In this document: piece by piece, positions 1 through 11,524 of the stretch
Numbering within the stretch: position 1 is the first letter of the stretch
Layout: every line of letters starts with the position of its first letter
The notes under the pieces: model-generated
The model's database searches: none
Seen by the model: the letters and a program-made list of their open reading frames with translations, nothing else
Told to the model about the DNA's origin: nothing
Source of the DNA: Oculina patagonica
Lineage: Eukaryota
Direction: 5' to 3'
DNA: 64,000 bases
Assembly: GCF_052425735.1 (NCBI RefSeq)
Contig: NC_135770.1
Location: forward strand, 18,972,001-19,036,000
Made by a program: the position numbers and the translations under genes

Positions 1-3000
1 GTTTTATGTTCAAAAAGGGATGCAGAGTTGGTTTCGAAATCACTTAGTAGCGTAAACGAGCCAAACTGAAACAATCTGAAGAATATGTCTTTGTAGGCCA
101 AGACTTAAGGCCAAGACTTAAAACCAAAACAGAACAAATCAAAACGAAACAAAAACGAAAACAACTAGAAGCAAAACCAAGAAAACAGAAATAAGATAAG
201 AAAGCATATATTAAATGGGAGTTACTTGAAGTAATAATTAGATTCAAACAAAACATTCCTTCGGCTAAGCAATATAACACAATTCATGTAAAATCATTGA
301 CCTTGGAGCATCCTCTGACGGAAGACAGAATCGATACTCAATTGTTACACATTAAAAATTAAGGAACGTGTTCATGACCATATTTTAATCTCTTGCCTTC
401 ATGTAATTACACTTCACTTCTTAAATATTAAGACTTGTTAGAAGCTGATGGGTGAAAATTGAAGAATTGGGTGTTACGTTGTCAATGGTAATAATATTGT
501 CTTCACGAAGGAACAGGTGTGCACTAATGGATGGAACTGATGGCAGATGAACGCCATTGGTTAAAACTAACAAGCAATGAAAACAAACTAACACTAACTG
601 AGGTTAATTTCCAGCAGACAGTTTTGCAAATCAAAATCACGGTAGGGTATTTCACGGATAGAAGTTTTGAATTTCGGGAGATTGATTGTATAAGATCGGT
701 CATGTCTTCCATTTTATTATTCTGTGCCTTTTTTTTGTTTTTGTCTCTTATACCAGAGGACGGCTGTTCTACAGGTACGTTTCTCCTATTTTCTTCTTTT
801 TTCTCTCTTTTTGTAAGGAAACCGTTAATATTTGAGCCATAAGAGTGACTAAACTGCCTAACAAATATCATATTTGGAATAGTGCTTATTGAAATTATTG
901 ATATATTTGTTATATTTGATTATTTGGTTTAACCCTAAGCAACGGTAAGGTGAATGGCAGAAGTGGTATATTATTTAAAATAAAGATCTTGTGAAGCATA
1001 CAAAATGAGGGTGATAGCGAAAGGAAATTTAGGAGGCTCAAAATTTGATTTCAGACTTTTGGCCACTGAACACATAATACTTTTAAAGACCAGTTTAAAA
1101 GGGTATCTTTTCCTGAGCCGAATTACATCTTCAAATAATATTAGACTATTGTCTTCTCACAACCCAAAGCTAAGGAAATGCCGCTGCTAAAAATAAAAAG
1201 CGCTATTATTGCCAATTTCAAAGGTTCCATAACGTTTTGTCATACGTCTACTTAAATGTACTCGTTGTTTACCTCCTAAATATCATTCAGGTTATACCTA
1301 AACACCAATTACCCGATTTAGAATTTTTCAATTAATATATTATATTTCTTAATTCTTCAAGAGCGTTTTGTTAAGTTACATCTAATGTTGCTCAGCGAAA
1401 ATTTTCAGTTGGACAACGGAACGTGACTGTAAGTTTCGAAACAGGTGATTTTCCTTGATGCATTCGTGTTTGTTTCTGCGGGAAGCAAAATTAATTGAAA
1501 TTTTGCCTGGTAACTCCTTTCTACTGTTTTCTTAACACTTTTTCATATTTGCTAAACTTAACTTTTTCTAACTATTTAGAGGAGCGCAGCTTTTGAGAAA
1601 ACATGGCTAACGTACCGATGCAAAACACTGTATGGCTTTCCTATGACGGAACTGACGAAAATGCTCCAAAATTAATTACTGTATGCAAAAACAACGCGCG
1701 GGTGGCAATTGTTTAGAAAATTAAAAAAAAAAAACACTAATAAAACTGTCCAGGGGGCGCTGACAGTCTCTCAGTTGAAATTTTGCAAACGCACAAAAAC
1801 TGTTTTATCGGTTAAGCACACCAAAATTGCATGGTTAAGTATATCAATTTGTAGCAAAATGAGACGGAAGGGTTTGAATAGTATTTAGTAGACCTATTTG
1901 GTAAGCGTTTGAGTACGTAAAATTAAGTGCTAGTGGGAACATGCCTAGACAATAGATTGAGCAAGTATTCCGGGGCACTACTAAACAACAAAAGGGTCAC
2001 CTTATTTGTTATGTCATGTTATGCCACGCCATGCTATACCACACCAAAGCCGCACAACACCGCGCTATGCCATGTCATGGGATGCCGTACCATGCCATTC
2101 CATGGCTTGCCATCAATGGCTTTCCAAGACAAACTATGCCATTATATGTCATTCCATGCAATTTTATGCCATCCTAGGCACTGTACTGTAAATGTCATTT
2201 TTAAAAGCAGGCATCTTGAGGGTCTTGCTATCACGCTAATAACATTTAAAATGAAATCATAAAGATACAGTGAATGACTTTTAAAATGAGTTAAACATGA
2301 CTGGCTCACTTACACAGAAATTCCTGAGAAGCTGCTTCGATAAAGCTGTTGGGGTTACCAATCGTAGTATCATTCCTGATGATCAGATAACAGCATCCTC
2401 TCAATATGACGATGGCTACCAGGCCTTTTACGGTCGCCTTAACGGAGACCGAGGCGATGGCTGGTGTGCAAAAGAAGCTAACAGAAATGACGACTGGCTT
2501 CAGATTGATCTTGGAAAAACGATTGAAGTGTGCGCTGTTGCTACGCAGGGAGACAGAAATGGGAATGAATGGGCTACACACTTCACGATTTCATACTCAA
2601 GCCATGGAATCAGCTGGACACAATATAAAGGACCAAATGGCGCGGTTGTGGTAAGCCTCCATTTACATTCTAAAATCAAGTACTCAGCTACATGTACGAT
2701 TTTTTTTTAGCTTTTGGAATGTATAAGACGCTCCAGTTGACAACGAATAACCCTGGCTTTTACCTTGAAGGGAATTTGGGCTTTGCGTATCCAGAATGAT
2801 CACAATTTTGGTCGTTGCGATATGAAAATAAAAAAATTGTAAATATTTCAAAGGTATTTCTTCGTCAAAATGTAAAAATTCGCTATGTTAGGTAACACAC
2901 AAATTTAATGAAACAAATTAATTCTTAATGATTGTAAACTTACAATGAAGTGAATGAATGAATGACAAGGAAGCAAACAATTTACGCGAGTATTTAAAAT

Positions 3001-3074
3001 GAAACTGACAAAATTTATTTCAAACAGTGAAAACTAGCTATGGCTAATAAAGCTTCAACCTTAGACACACCTCT

Positions 3075-3235
3075 AGTTGGATTTTTACTGACGCGTAAAT
3101 TTTCACGTGCTTAAAAAAAATTGTATGAACTACTTGCGTAAACGTGTACGCAAGTCGTTCATACATTGTCTTTAATTTTTTTTTTCACGCACGTAAACGC
3201 ACATAAAAAATAACGCGTCAGTGAAAATCCACCCT
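3075..3235. mobile_element. Small MITE, PIF/Harbinger-like
   Basis: tggatttttactgacgcgt / acgcgtcagtgaaaatcca inverted ends; absent from copy C. Confidence 0.6.
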
Positions 3236-5341
3236 TACTCAGTGAAGCGTATTACCTCTTTACACAGGAATTTCACAGGCAGGGTGATAGCAACACAATT
3301 GACCAACACAAGTTCCCAGTGCTAGTACCTGCAAGATATATTCGCTTTCATCCAACTAAGCAACATCAGTGGAATTGTCTCAGGGTCGAGGTATATGGAA
3401 TGGATGGTGAGCTTTCATGTTTCCATATGCTGTCCCAGCCTGCGAGCAGGTTCTCTTGTTTAGGATATAGCTATTCCAATTACGTTGTCGGATCAAAGCT
3501 AAGTTTTGCAAGACAAGATCGAAAGGTTCGATGGGTAGAAGAAAGCTACTGCACTCGTTGAATGCTATTGGTACTTAACGACCTGATGGCAAACATGATT
3601 TTCTACGTTTGCGTTCTCTTTAGACATGTGTAAACAAGGTACATTTAGCATACCGAATTTAAGAATAATTTTCCAAACTCAAAGCCATGTGGCAGTGAAC
3701 ATGAAGCTGCAGAGAAAGGCTTTCTGAGAAGTAAAACAAATACTTTACGTGCAAAAATACAAAATTACGCATTTCCTCTAGGTCAATAGGCAAATTTTCA
3801 ATAATACCCAGACCACCAATCGATCCTGTTTCGAAGGCTTAAACACTACATCGGACAATGCATGTTAATTGAGATAGCTGTATCTCACAATTACAAAGCT
3901 ACAAGTACCGTAACTTACAAGTCAAAAAAGGTTAACCTTAAACAGGAAACTGTGCTTGCAGGCTAGTGCTGTCCCAACCTCAGGAGAGAAGGCTGTCTGA
4001 TAAGCAATTTCTGCATAAAGTAACAATTAAAAATGTTGTCAGGTCTAAGCAGCCAAAGACGGAGGCTCGGATAACATTTTGATTCTTCTGGAAATTACAA
4101 AAACGGAACGTAGCTGTTGATTTATTATACATTGCTGTTAAGGAAATGAAGATAATCAATTTTGTCTGTGTCTTCCGTTCGTGAGTTTCTTCCGCTGGTT
4201 TTCTTCGGCTGCTTCCGCGGATTTTTTCGTATTTTTTCGCATCTTTATAACATTTGAAACTGCTATACTTTCAAATAAAACGCTCTTGTCACGTGCCGGC
4301 GCTCTATCCTTGACAAGAAAACCCAAGTACCTATGCGGCCGTATTCTGTTGAATTATTTCTTTACCACTTTTTAAAAATAGATCTATTTAGCTTTCCTGA
4401 CGATATTGCAAATTGTCAGGGTAACTTTACATGATGTCGGGGAAAGGTGGTGGGGGAACCTTGAAAAGGTGTGAAATTGTGACAAGAGATTACAACAAAG
4501 AGATGCACTGTTATTGCCTGATTTAAGGCTGATTAGACAATTTTTCACTTGCGGATTTCTGTTTATCTGGTTGCGTTCGAAGTATATTCATTTGGCAAAG
4601 TGTAATAAAGTGAAGTCATGACAGTGCCGGTTTCTTCTTTTCCAGGCCAATGTCGTCACTTGCAGTTTACAGCGGCCCGAGTGTTCAAAGAAAAACGTCT
4701 GGTAAACCACGTGATTCATACTGCTGACGTAATGGATGAGGGCCTCTGTAGGGTACTATGTTTTTCAGATTACAACTGTGTCAGTTATAATTTTATGACG
4801 GGAAGTGAAACTGGAAAACACAAATGTGAACTTAATAATGCTACCCATGAAGAGCATAAAGAAGACCTGGAGGAAAACCTACATTTTGTGCACCGAGGAG
4901 CTTCGGTAAGAATGAAAGTCAAATCTTCGCAATTTGATCCAAATGAATTCAGTGCCGCAATGCTGAGTTATCAGTACCAACAAAATTCCTCCCAATCTCC
5001 CAATCTCACACTCTCTTATTATAATAAGGCTTCTCGTACTAATGCTTTACGTGTACAATTCACCGTTGTTACGTTATTCGATTAAGAAATGAGGGAGGCA
5101 AATCTTCAACGGACAGCAGTATAAAACTTTGAACGGTCATTCACAAGAAATGAGGTAAAAAGACAAAAAAACAAACAAAACACGTTTCAATTATAACTCA
5201 AATTATTTTTTTTTAAAAGAACCTGCTTGAGCGACCTTTTTTATTACAACTACATAAGCTTTAAAAATACAATGTAATATTTTATCTTAATTTTTATAAA
5301 CATGTTTTTTTTTTTAAAGATTGAAGCGCAGCCAGGATGAG

Positions 5342-5950
5342 ACATAATAAAATCAATAAAAACGTTCACTGGCTAAAAATATTAAAATTAATGAGCTTTC
5401 GGCTGTCGCTCTACAGCCTTCCCCTGAATTTAGACCACCAATTGAACAACAACCGAACGTAGTTTACAAAATTCCTTGCGCTGATTGTGACTGGTGCACT
5501 GTGGGTGAAACCGGCCGATGTTTTGAAACCCGCAAAAAAGAACATATCAGGAATGTAAAAACCTGTGCGAATGGCTCAAACATTGCGAAACATGCGTGGT
5601 CATCCGACCATCGCATAGACTTTGAGAACTCTAGTGTCAATGACAGAGGCTCTTTTCGCATTAGAAAAACTTTGGAGGCTTGGCACACCTCTGCTACTAA
5701 GCATGCTGACATTAATTCAAAGCCCATTCCAAGCCAATACTGTATTCTTTTTAAAAAAATAGCCTCTTAATTTGCACTTTTTTACTTCGCTTTTGTTTTT
5801 CATTATCTTCTTTTTATCTCACCTTTCTTGTATATATTTTATTCATTTTGTACTCAATTTTTAATCCGTCGAAGGCTGTAGAGCGACAGCCGAAAGCTCA
5901 TTATTTTTAATATTTTTAGCCAGTGAACGTTTTTACTGATTTTATTATGT
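5342..5950 (+). mobile_element. 5'-truncated Penelope-like element with inverted partial pLTR
   Basis: GIY-YIG fragment VVYKIPCADCDWCTVGETGR..RKKEH. 5342-5420 is the reverse complement of 5871-5950. Absent from the copy C intron. Confidence 0.85.
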
Positions 5951-6229
5951 TTTTTATTTTATTCTTATAATTTGTTATATAATTAGTTATATAATTACAT
6001 AACTAGTTATAACTAATTAGTTAATTAGTTATATTTCTTATTATCTTATAGAAGCGTCATTATTTTAAAGCATTAAGCATATACAATGGCAATAATTGTG
6101 AATATATTTTTTTTAAATTAAGCTTTCTGGGAGGACTACTTGTTCATAAGCTCTGCTGCTACTTGTTCCCACTTTGAAATAAATTCGTCATTATAAATAA
6201 AATAAAAATTATTTTATTTATTATATATA

Positions 6230-6511
6230 TGACTGGATTTATGAAAACCAGGTTAGTGAAATTGTCACCGTTGTTAGCGCAAATCGACGTAAACGCGTTT
6301 TTTTCTCGCCGCGAAAGTAGACGATATAAAAACTAAAGTGAATGTCAGTCTTTTTTTCTCTCCTCCTCTCTCTTTTCTACCTTTCAGCGCTGTAGTTCAT
6401 TTTTTTTTCCTTTCTCGGCATGTTTTTAGGCCACATCGCAGTGTAATGTACTTGGTCAAAAACACTCAGGTCACCGGCTTTTCTTTGACCACGTTTTCAT
6501 AAATCCAGTTA
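6230..6511. mobile_element. MITE inserted in a (TA)n tract
   Basis: actggatttatgaaaac / gttttcataaatccagt flanked by TA repeats; absent from copy C. Confidence 0.7.
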
Positions 6512-7220
6512 TATATATATATATTTTTTTTTATTTTTTATTATAATTTTATCATTTAAAAATAAAAGCGTGTGTTCCTAGGCGCCCTCGTCAAACAAGT
6601 TAACAACCAGTTTGGAAGTGACAGTTCAAACTATACTATACTCACGTTTTGTGTGATGCCCTTTTTTATTGTAGACCGCGAGCAGTCGGTTTTTGTTCCT
6701 GAAATGCTACGTGAGACCGGAAGAGTTCAAATTGCGCCCGAGCGTCTCGCGGCTCGCGGCTCTCAGCACCGCCGCTCGCAACTCGTTCGCATTCGTGTTT
6801 TTGTGATGCACGTTAAGAAAAGAAATAGTCCGCTCGAAGTCTATCTTTATCGCAAAAAAAAAGTAATAATAATCGAATATTGTACTCGGTAAAGAATGTT
6901 AGCTGCATTTTTTATGTTTTAGAACGCGTGTATGAACAACCTTTGTAAGAACAACGCAACCTGTCAAAGCGGTTTTACAGACAGAGGATATCGCTGTCTC
7001 TGTTTCCCTGGATTTACTGGTCAGGATTGTGAAAGTGGTGAGGAAAACATACTTGCTGCTTTTCTATCCTGGTTATTACAGATCAATTTATGTAGATTTA
7101 TTTCTTTACACAGCAAGACCTTGTAACGGACAGCTGGTACAAAGCAGTTTGATCCTGGCAACTGGTCACAAACACCATTAAGACCGCACCAATCATTGAC
7201 CTTATAACAGCTATTATAAA

Positions 7221-7236
7221 AACAACAACAAAGTAA

Positions 7237-7269
<33 letters not shown>

Positions 7270-7270
7270 C
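7221..7270. repeat. (CAA)n microsatellite
   Basis: aacaacaaca... tract. Confidence 0.9.
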
Positions 7271-7800
7271 CATCAACATCTCTTCTCAAAATGTTGCTAT
7301 TAAGTTGGTTTTGTACCCTGATCACATGGCAGCAATCCCCGATTTTTTTTTTTTTTAATTTGTCACGTTACCCTTTATCGGTCGATTAAAAAGTACCAAT
7401 TTAGCAGCTTTAGGTGGACCATTACCCAATTACTTGCAAAGCGATAACTGTATGACGATATGAGACGTTTACAGCACGAATGTGCTGGAGGAACACACAC
7501 CTGCAGTGCGGATGCTGTGTGCAATAACACCAAACGGTCATATAACTGCACTTGTAAACCTGGATACGAAGGAGACGGACGGGATTGCGAAGGTTAAATG
7601 ATTTATTAATTTTCGAGTGTCGTTTAAGCAGCTATTATTGGTTGAGAAATTGGTCACAGTACATTGTTGTATTAAAATACGAAAAAAAAAATAGAAAGGA
7701 TCCATTAAACCATCTCAATGCAATGGTCACGCGACACATCTCCACGTTCTGGCCAGGTCCTGTACACATGCGCATAGCCTATTACCCGTGGAGTGGGGCA

Positions 7801-7845
7801 GCCATAGACAGCTGTTTCGTTCTTGTTAGGGCTCATCAGCACGGC
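7801..7845 (-). ncRNA. Type I hammerhead ribozyme (antisense copy)
   Basis: Reverse complement reads gccgug-CUGAUGA-gcccuaacaagaac-GAAAC-agcu-GUC-uauggc; stem II is weakened by mismatches. Confidence 0.8.
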
Positions 7846-7875
7846 ATATGATCTTGTGTAAGACCCTTACGCCTG

Positions 7876-7920
7876 GCTATGCTGATGAGTCTTAACAAGG
7901 ACGAAACAGCTGTCCATGGC
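7876..7920 (+). ncRNA. Type I hammerhead ribozyme
   Basis: gcuaug-CUGAUGA-gucuuaacaaggac-GAAAC-agcu-GUC-cauggc: intact core, stems I and II, palindromic minimal stem III. Confidence 0.88.
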
Positions 7921-10900
7921 TGCCACCTGCACGGGTAATAGGCTGTGCGCATGCGTAAAGGTCCTGGCCAGATCGTCCGTAAAGATGTGTCGTAGGACCA
8001 TTGCATTCAGATGGTTTATTTTGAAAGGATCCAGTTGGGACCTGGCTGTTGTCCCTACATGAATTGTTTTCGTTACAAGCCACTTCACTCTCTTATTGCC
8101 TCTCTCCTTTTTTTTAAGATATCGACGAGTGCGCCACAGAAAGACATGACTGCGGTGCTCTTGAACGGTGTCATAACACCAAGGGATCTTATGACTGTCC
8201 ATGTGAGTGAAATTCGCCTCCTTTCCCATTTAGATCTTTTCCCACTCAATTACATTTTTTGGGATCGATGGAACGACATTGTTAAAATTCGCATCAAAGT
8301 AATCCAACACAATTTTTCTCAACAGCTGCGCAAGATTGATAACCAATCATAAGAATCGACCTCTGTTGTCCATTTTATTCGTCAAAATCCTCAGAAACCA
8401 ATAAAGAATGCCGTCCAATTTTTAAAACATTTGCTGTAAAATTACGGCCGCGCACTTTTATTTAAACGCCGGAAGGGTTTACATAACTAATAGTCTGCTA
8501 TTTATTTTTTAATCTCTCCCTGTTGATGCAGCTTTGACATGCAAGGACATTTACGACAGAAATTTGTAAGTGAGCGGCAGTTATTTTGCTGCTGTTGTTG
8601 TAGTTAGTGTACAGCGTATAACTACAAGCACATAACAGCACCTCAAAGCAAACAGGTGAAGGGATAAACAGCAATAATAAGAACAAAAGTACCCCACTTA
8701 TGAACATTACTTTATAGGGAACAGGAAAAGAGAAGCAAGTCAAATAAGACCGACAAATCCCCCAAGATGGACACCGTTTGGTTTCACCGCAATACGTGTC
8801 AAGTTTTACATCTGAATAATCGAACTACAAAAATGAGAATTTTGCGAGTTTTAATATAAAATATTGCCCCACCAAATCTTATTTGCTGACATATTTAAAT
8901 TTCATAACGTTCTCTGAATTTCTGCTTATCGAAACAAAAAAAAACCTTTCAAGCGTCACTTGACTGTTTCCATTAAAATATATGTTCATTGTCCTTTTTA
9001 ACCCATGGAATAGCATGTTGTCACAATTATGAACTCGAGTACAGACATGCTGTAGGTGGCTAAACGGGCTCATGATTAAGATCGCTCCTGCGAGTGCCAC
9101 TTGCTAGCAGCTTTTGCTTACCTTTGAAGGGTCATGCCAAATGGTGAAAAACTTTGGTTGATTTTCTTGCACATTTGCTCTCAATCAGAATCAACGGAAG
9201 TCATCATGCACGTAGCCTGCAAGGCAGACGTCAAAAAGGGAAGGGGCCAGGGAGGGAGACAAAGACAGTGGGAAAAAAGAAGAGGCAGACTGTTATGCAC
9301 GTCATTACAAGTGCATGGAAGCGGTGTCCAAGCGGAGTTGCTAGAAGAGCACGTTTCTTACTCAGGTCTTTTTTTTCCCTTAAGTGCTCTAGAGAGGTGT
9401 CCGTCTTAGGCGTATCAAAAATTGCCTAATGTTGTGGTTATGAAATTTATCTATTGAATGTTTGAAAGGAATAACTTTGTTTTTCAAATAGAATAGATAA
9501 GAAAGAGAGCCGGCAAAGAAATGATTTTGTTTGCGTCAATTCTTTGCAAATCATCTCCATATATATTCATTTTAAGAAAATAATTATCTCGTTCCAAACC
9601 GAAGATGACTATTCAGACAAAACGTTTAATTTTAAACATGGCAATCAAGAATACCAATCAGTAATGAACGTTACAGGTCCAATGTAGACAAAGCGTACCA
9701 GATGAAAGTAGGATCTGAAATCATCCTCGTTTACTGTCATCTAAACAAAAATGGACTTGGCGCATGTGGTGTAGGCGGCTGGACGCTGGTCATGAAGATT
9801 GACGGTACAAAGGTATTTAGTTACTTGCGTTTTTGCCGTTTGTAACCAACCAACGAACCAACTTACAGAAAAGCAGTTCTTCAGCTCATATCTCAAATTC
9901 GACAAGGAAAAATAGATGGAGTGACGGGAGAGCATAAAAATTAAGGAATAAAAACGAGATGATGGGAAAAATAGAGCTCTGGGCTATAAGTTTTAAAAAA
10001 GCTTACATTTCAACCTTCCGTTGTTGTGTACATTCTTATACTGTCAAGTATTTCTGTTCGCTGCTTTCTTGTTTTTGTTGGTGTTTGTTTGTTTGTTTAT
10101 TTGTTTTATATTCTGTCAATATATAGCTTGTTATATTTGTTTTTGTAGAACACCTTCCACTATGATTCCAGCTTTTGGTCGAACAAAGAAACATTCAACC
10201 TTGCTGGAGGGGAGACTGGGTTAGACACAGAAAAGACCAAGTTGCCGACCTACTGGAGCACACCGTTCTCCAAAATATGTCTTGGTATGAATATTTACGG
10301 CGAAGAAACCACAAATTTTGTCGTCATACACAAGGCCGCTGACTAGCTATACTCACTGATCGCTGACGGGCAATTCCGCAACACATCACTGGGCCGTGAC
10401 ACATGGAAAACATTGCTGGGCTCTCAAGGCTCGCTGCAGCTTAACTGTAACAGAGAAGGGTTCAATGCAGCTAGTGATTACGTGTGGCTGTCCAAAGCCA
10501 GAATCGGTATCCTTGGTAACAACGAAAATGAGTGTGCGACCTGTGATTCACGAATAGGTTTTGGTACAGGAGGAGCACACGATAACTCCAACACGTGTGG
10601 AAACGAAGCACTAGCTGCACCAGATAATGGTGATAAGCACATCAAAACCATGGGATACATATTGATTCAGTGACACCCGCATTCAACACGTTCTTTTTTA
10701 TTGGTAAAGGGAAATGATATGACAAAGACTCCTTTTTTAACTGTGCCGTTTCCTTACTTATAAAGTGATAAATGAGAGATTTCAATCCAGTAATACACCA
10801 GAGCCGTACGTCGGATTTTTTTATCTGTGGAGGCAAACTCCGCTTAACTTCTCTGCGGGGCAAACTCCATTCTAGCTACAAGAAATAGTCCAGCAAAAAC

Positions 10901-11524
10901 ACTATGTTAGAATTTTAGTTCGCCTGGCAGAACAACTCCACCCCCCCCCCCCCCCCCCCGCTAGATATGGTCCTGTACACTTCAAAGGCACGAATGGTGA
11001 AAGGTTTTTTATCTCAAGACTTTGAATTTTTTACTTCCCTATATGTAACACAAATAAATTAAGTGACGAAGGGTGAACATTTTTTTCTAGGTCAAATTGT
11101 ACGTACGTAGCATTTACACATGCACCCTCCAGTTCAATCATTATTCCGAGTTTACAAGGATTGTAAGAAGCATGGATTGTAAACTATAGATCCCATGGGG
11201 TTTTGCAGTTATGCCGACTGGGATGACACTTTGTTTCATCAAGGCTATTTGTTACGAAGGCATCATTTGACATTAGAAATGGAATAAGAGTTAGGATTCA
11301 ATACAAATATAAAACAGCGGTGATATGACAAATCACATTTTTTCTTAACTTGACGTTTCGTATGCCAAGCAGCATACGTTTTCAAAACAAAAATCGTTAC
11401 AAACGTTTGACTTCTATATTGTTATAAAAGGGGGTCAGAAACTTAGACTGGGAAAATTGATCTCCAGCCGTAAAAAAATAATACAACAACCTCTCACTGC
11501 CGACGTTGGCATTTAATGAAGGTA

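Larger units (their letters stand above)
7705..8022. mobile_element. Inverted dimer of a hammerhead-bearing non-LTR retrozyme-like element
   Basis: Two ~145-bp diverged arms in inverted orientation, flanked by the direct repeat gaaaggatcca (7694-7704, 8023-8033). Absent from the equivalent intron of copy B. Confidence 0.8.
702..10673 (+). pseudogene. Paralog A: secreted F5/8C-PAN-EGF-EGF_Ca-USOMP5-like gene, disrupted
   Basis: GT-AG exons: 702-774 (signal peptide MSSILLFCAFFLFLSLIPEDGCST), 2318-2650 and 3268-3406 (discoidin: DWLQIDLG, VATQG, ARYIRFHP, CLRVEVYG), 4646-4905 (PAN-like CVSYNF..CELNN), 6923-7037 (EGF), ~7475-7592 (EGF_Ca), 8119-8202, 8532-8565, 9677-9812 ([14 protein letters not shown]), 10149-10673. 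Lesions: 1-nt insertion near 2329 (exon is 333 nt vs 332 in copy C), lost acceptor of the EGF_Ca exon, in-frame TAG at 10344-10346 (TCG in copy B). Confidence 0.85.

Noticed and set aside
531-701. Longer N-terminus from upstream in-frame ATGs
   Set aside because: The signal peptide starts at MSSIL in all three copies; the extensions are not conserved in B and are probably UTR.
1927-2262. Cys/His/Met-rich ORFs
   Set aside because: Derived from a degenerate (CCATG)n intronic repeat, also seen at ~29418 and ~48220.
7021-7325. Poly-Leu and poly-Cys ORFs
   Set aside because: Translations of the (CAA)n microsatellite.
10344-10346. Stop-codon recoding in copy A
   Set aside because: It is TAG replacing Ser TCG and co-occurs with other lesions; pseudogenisation is simpler.
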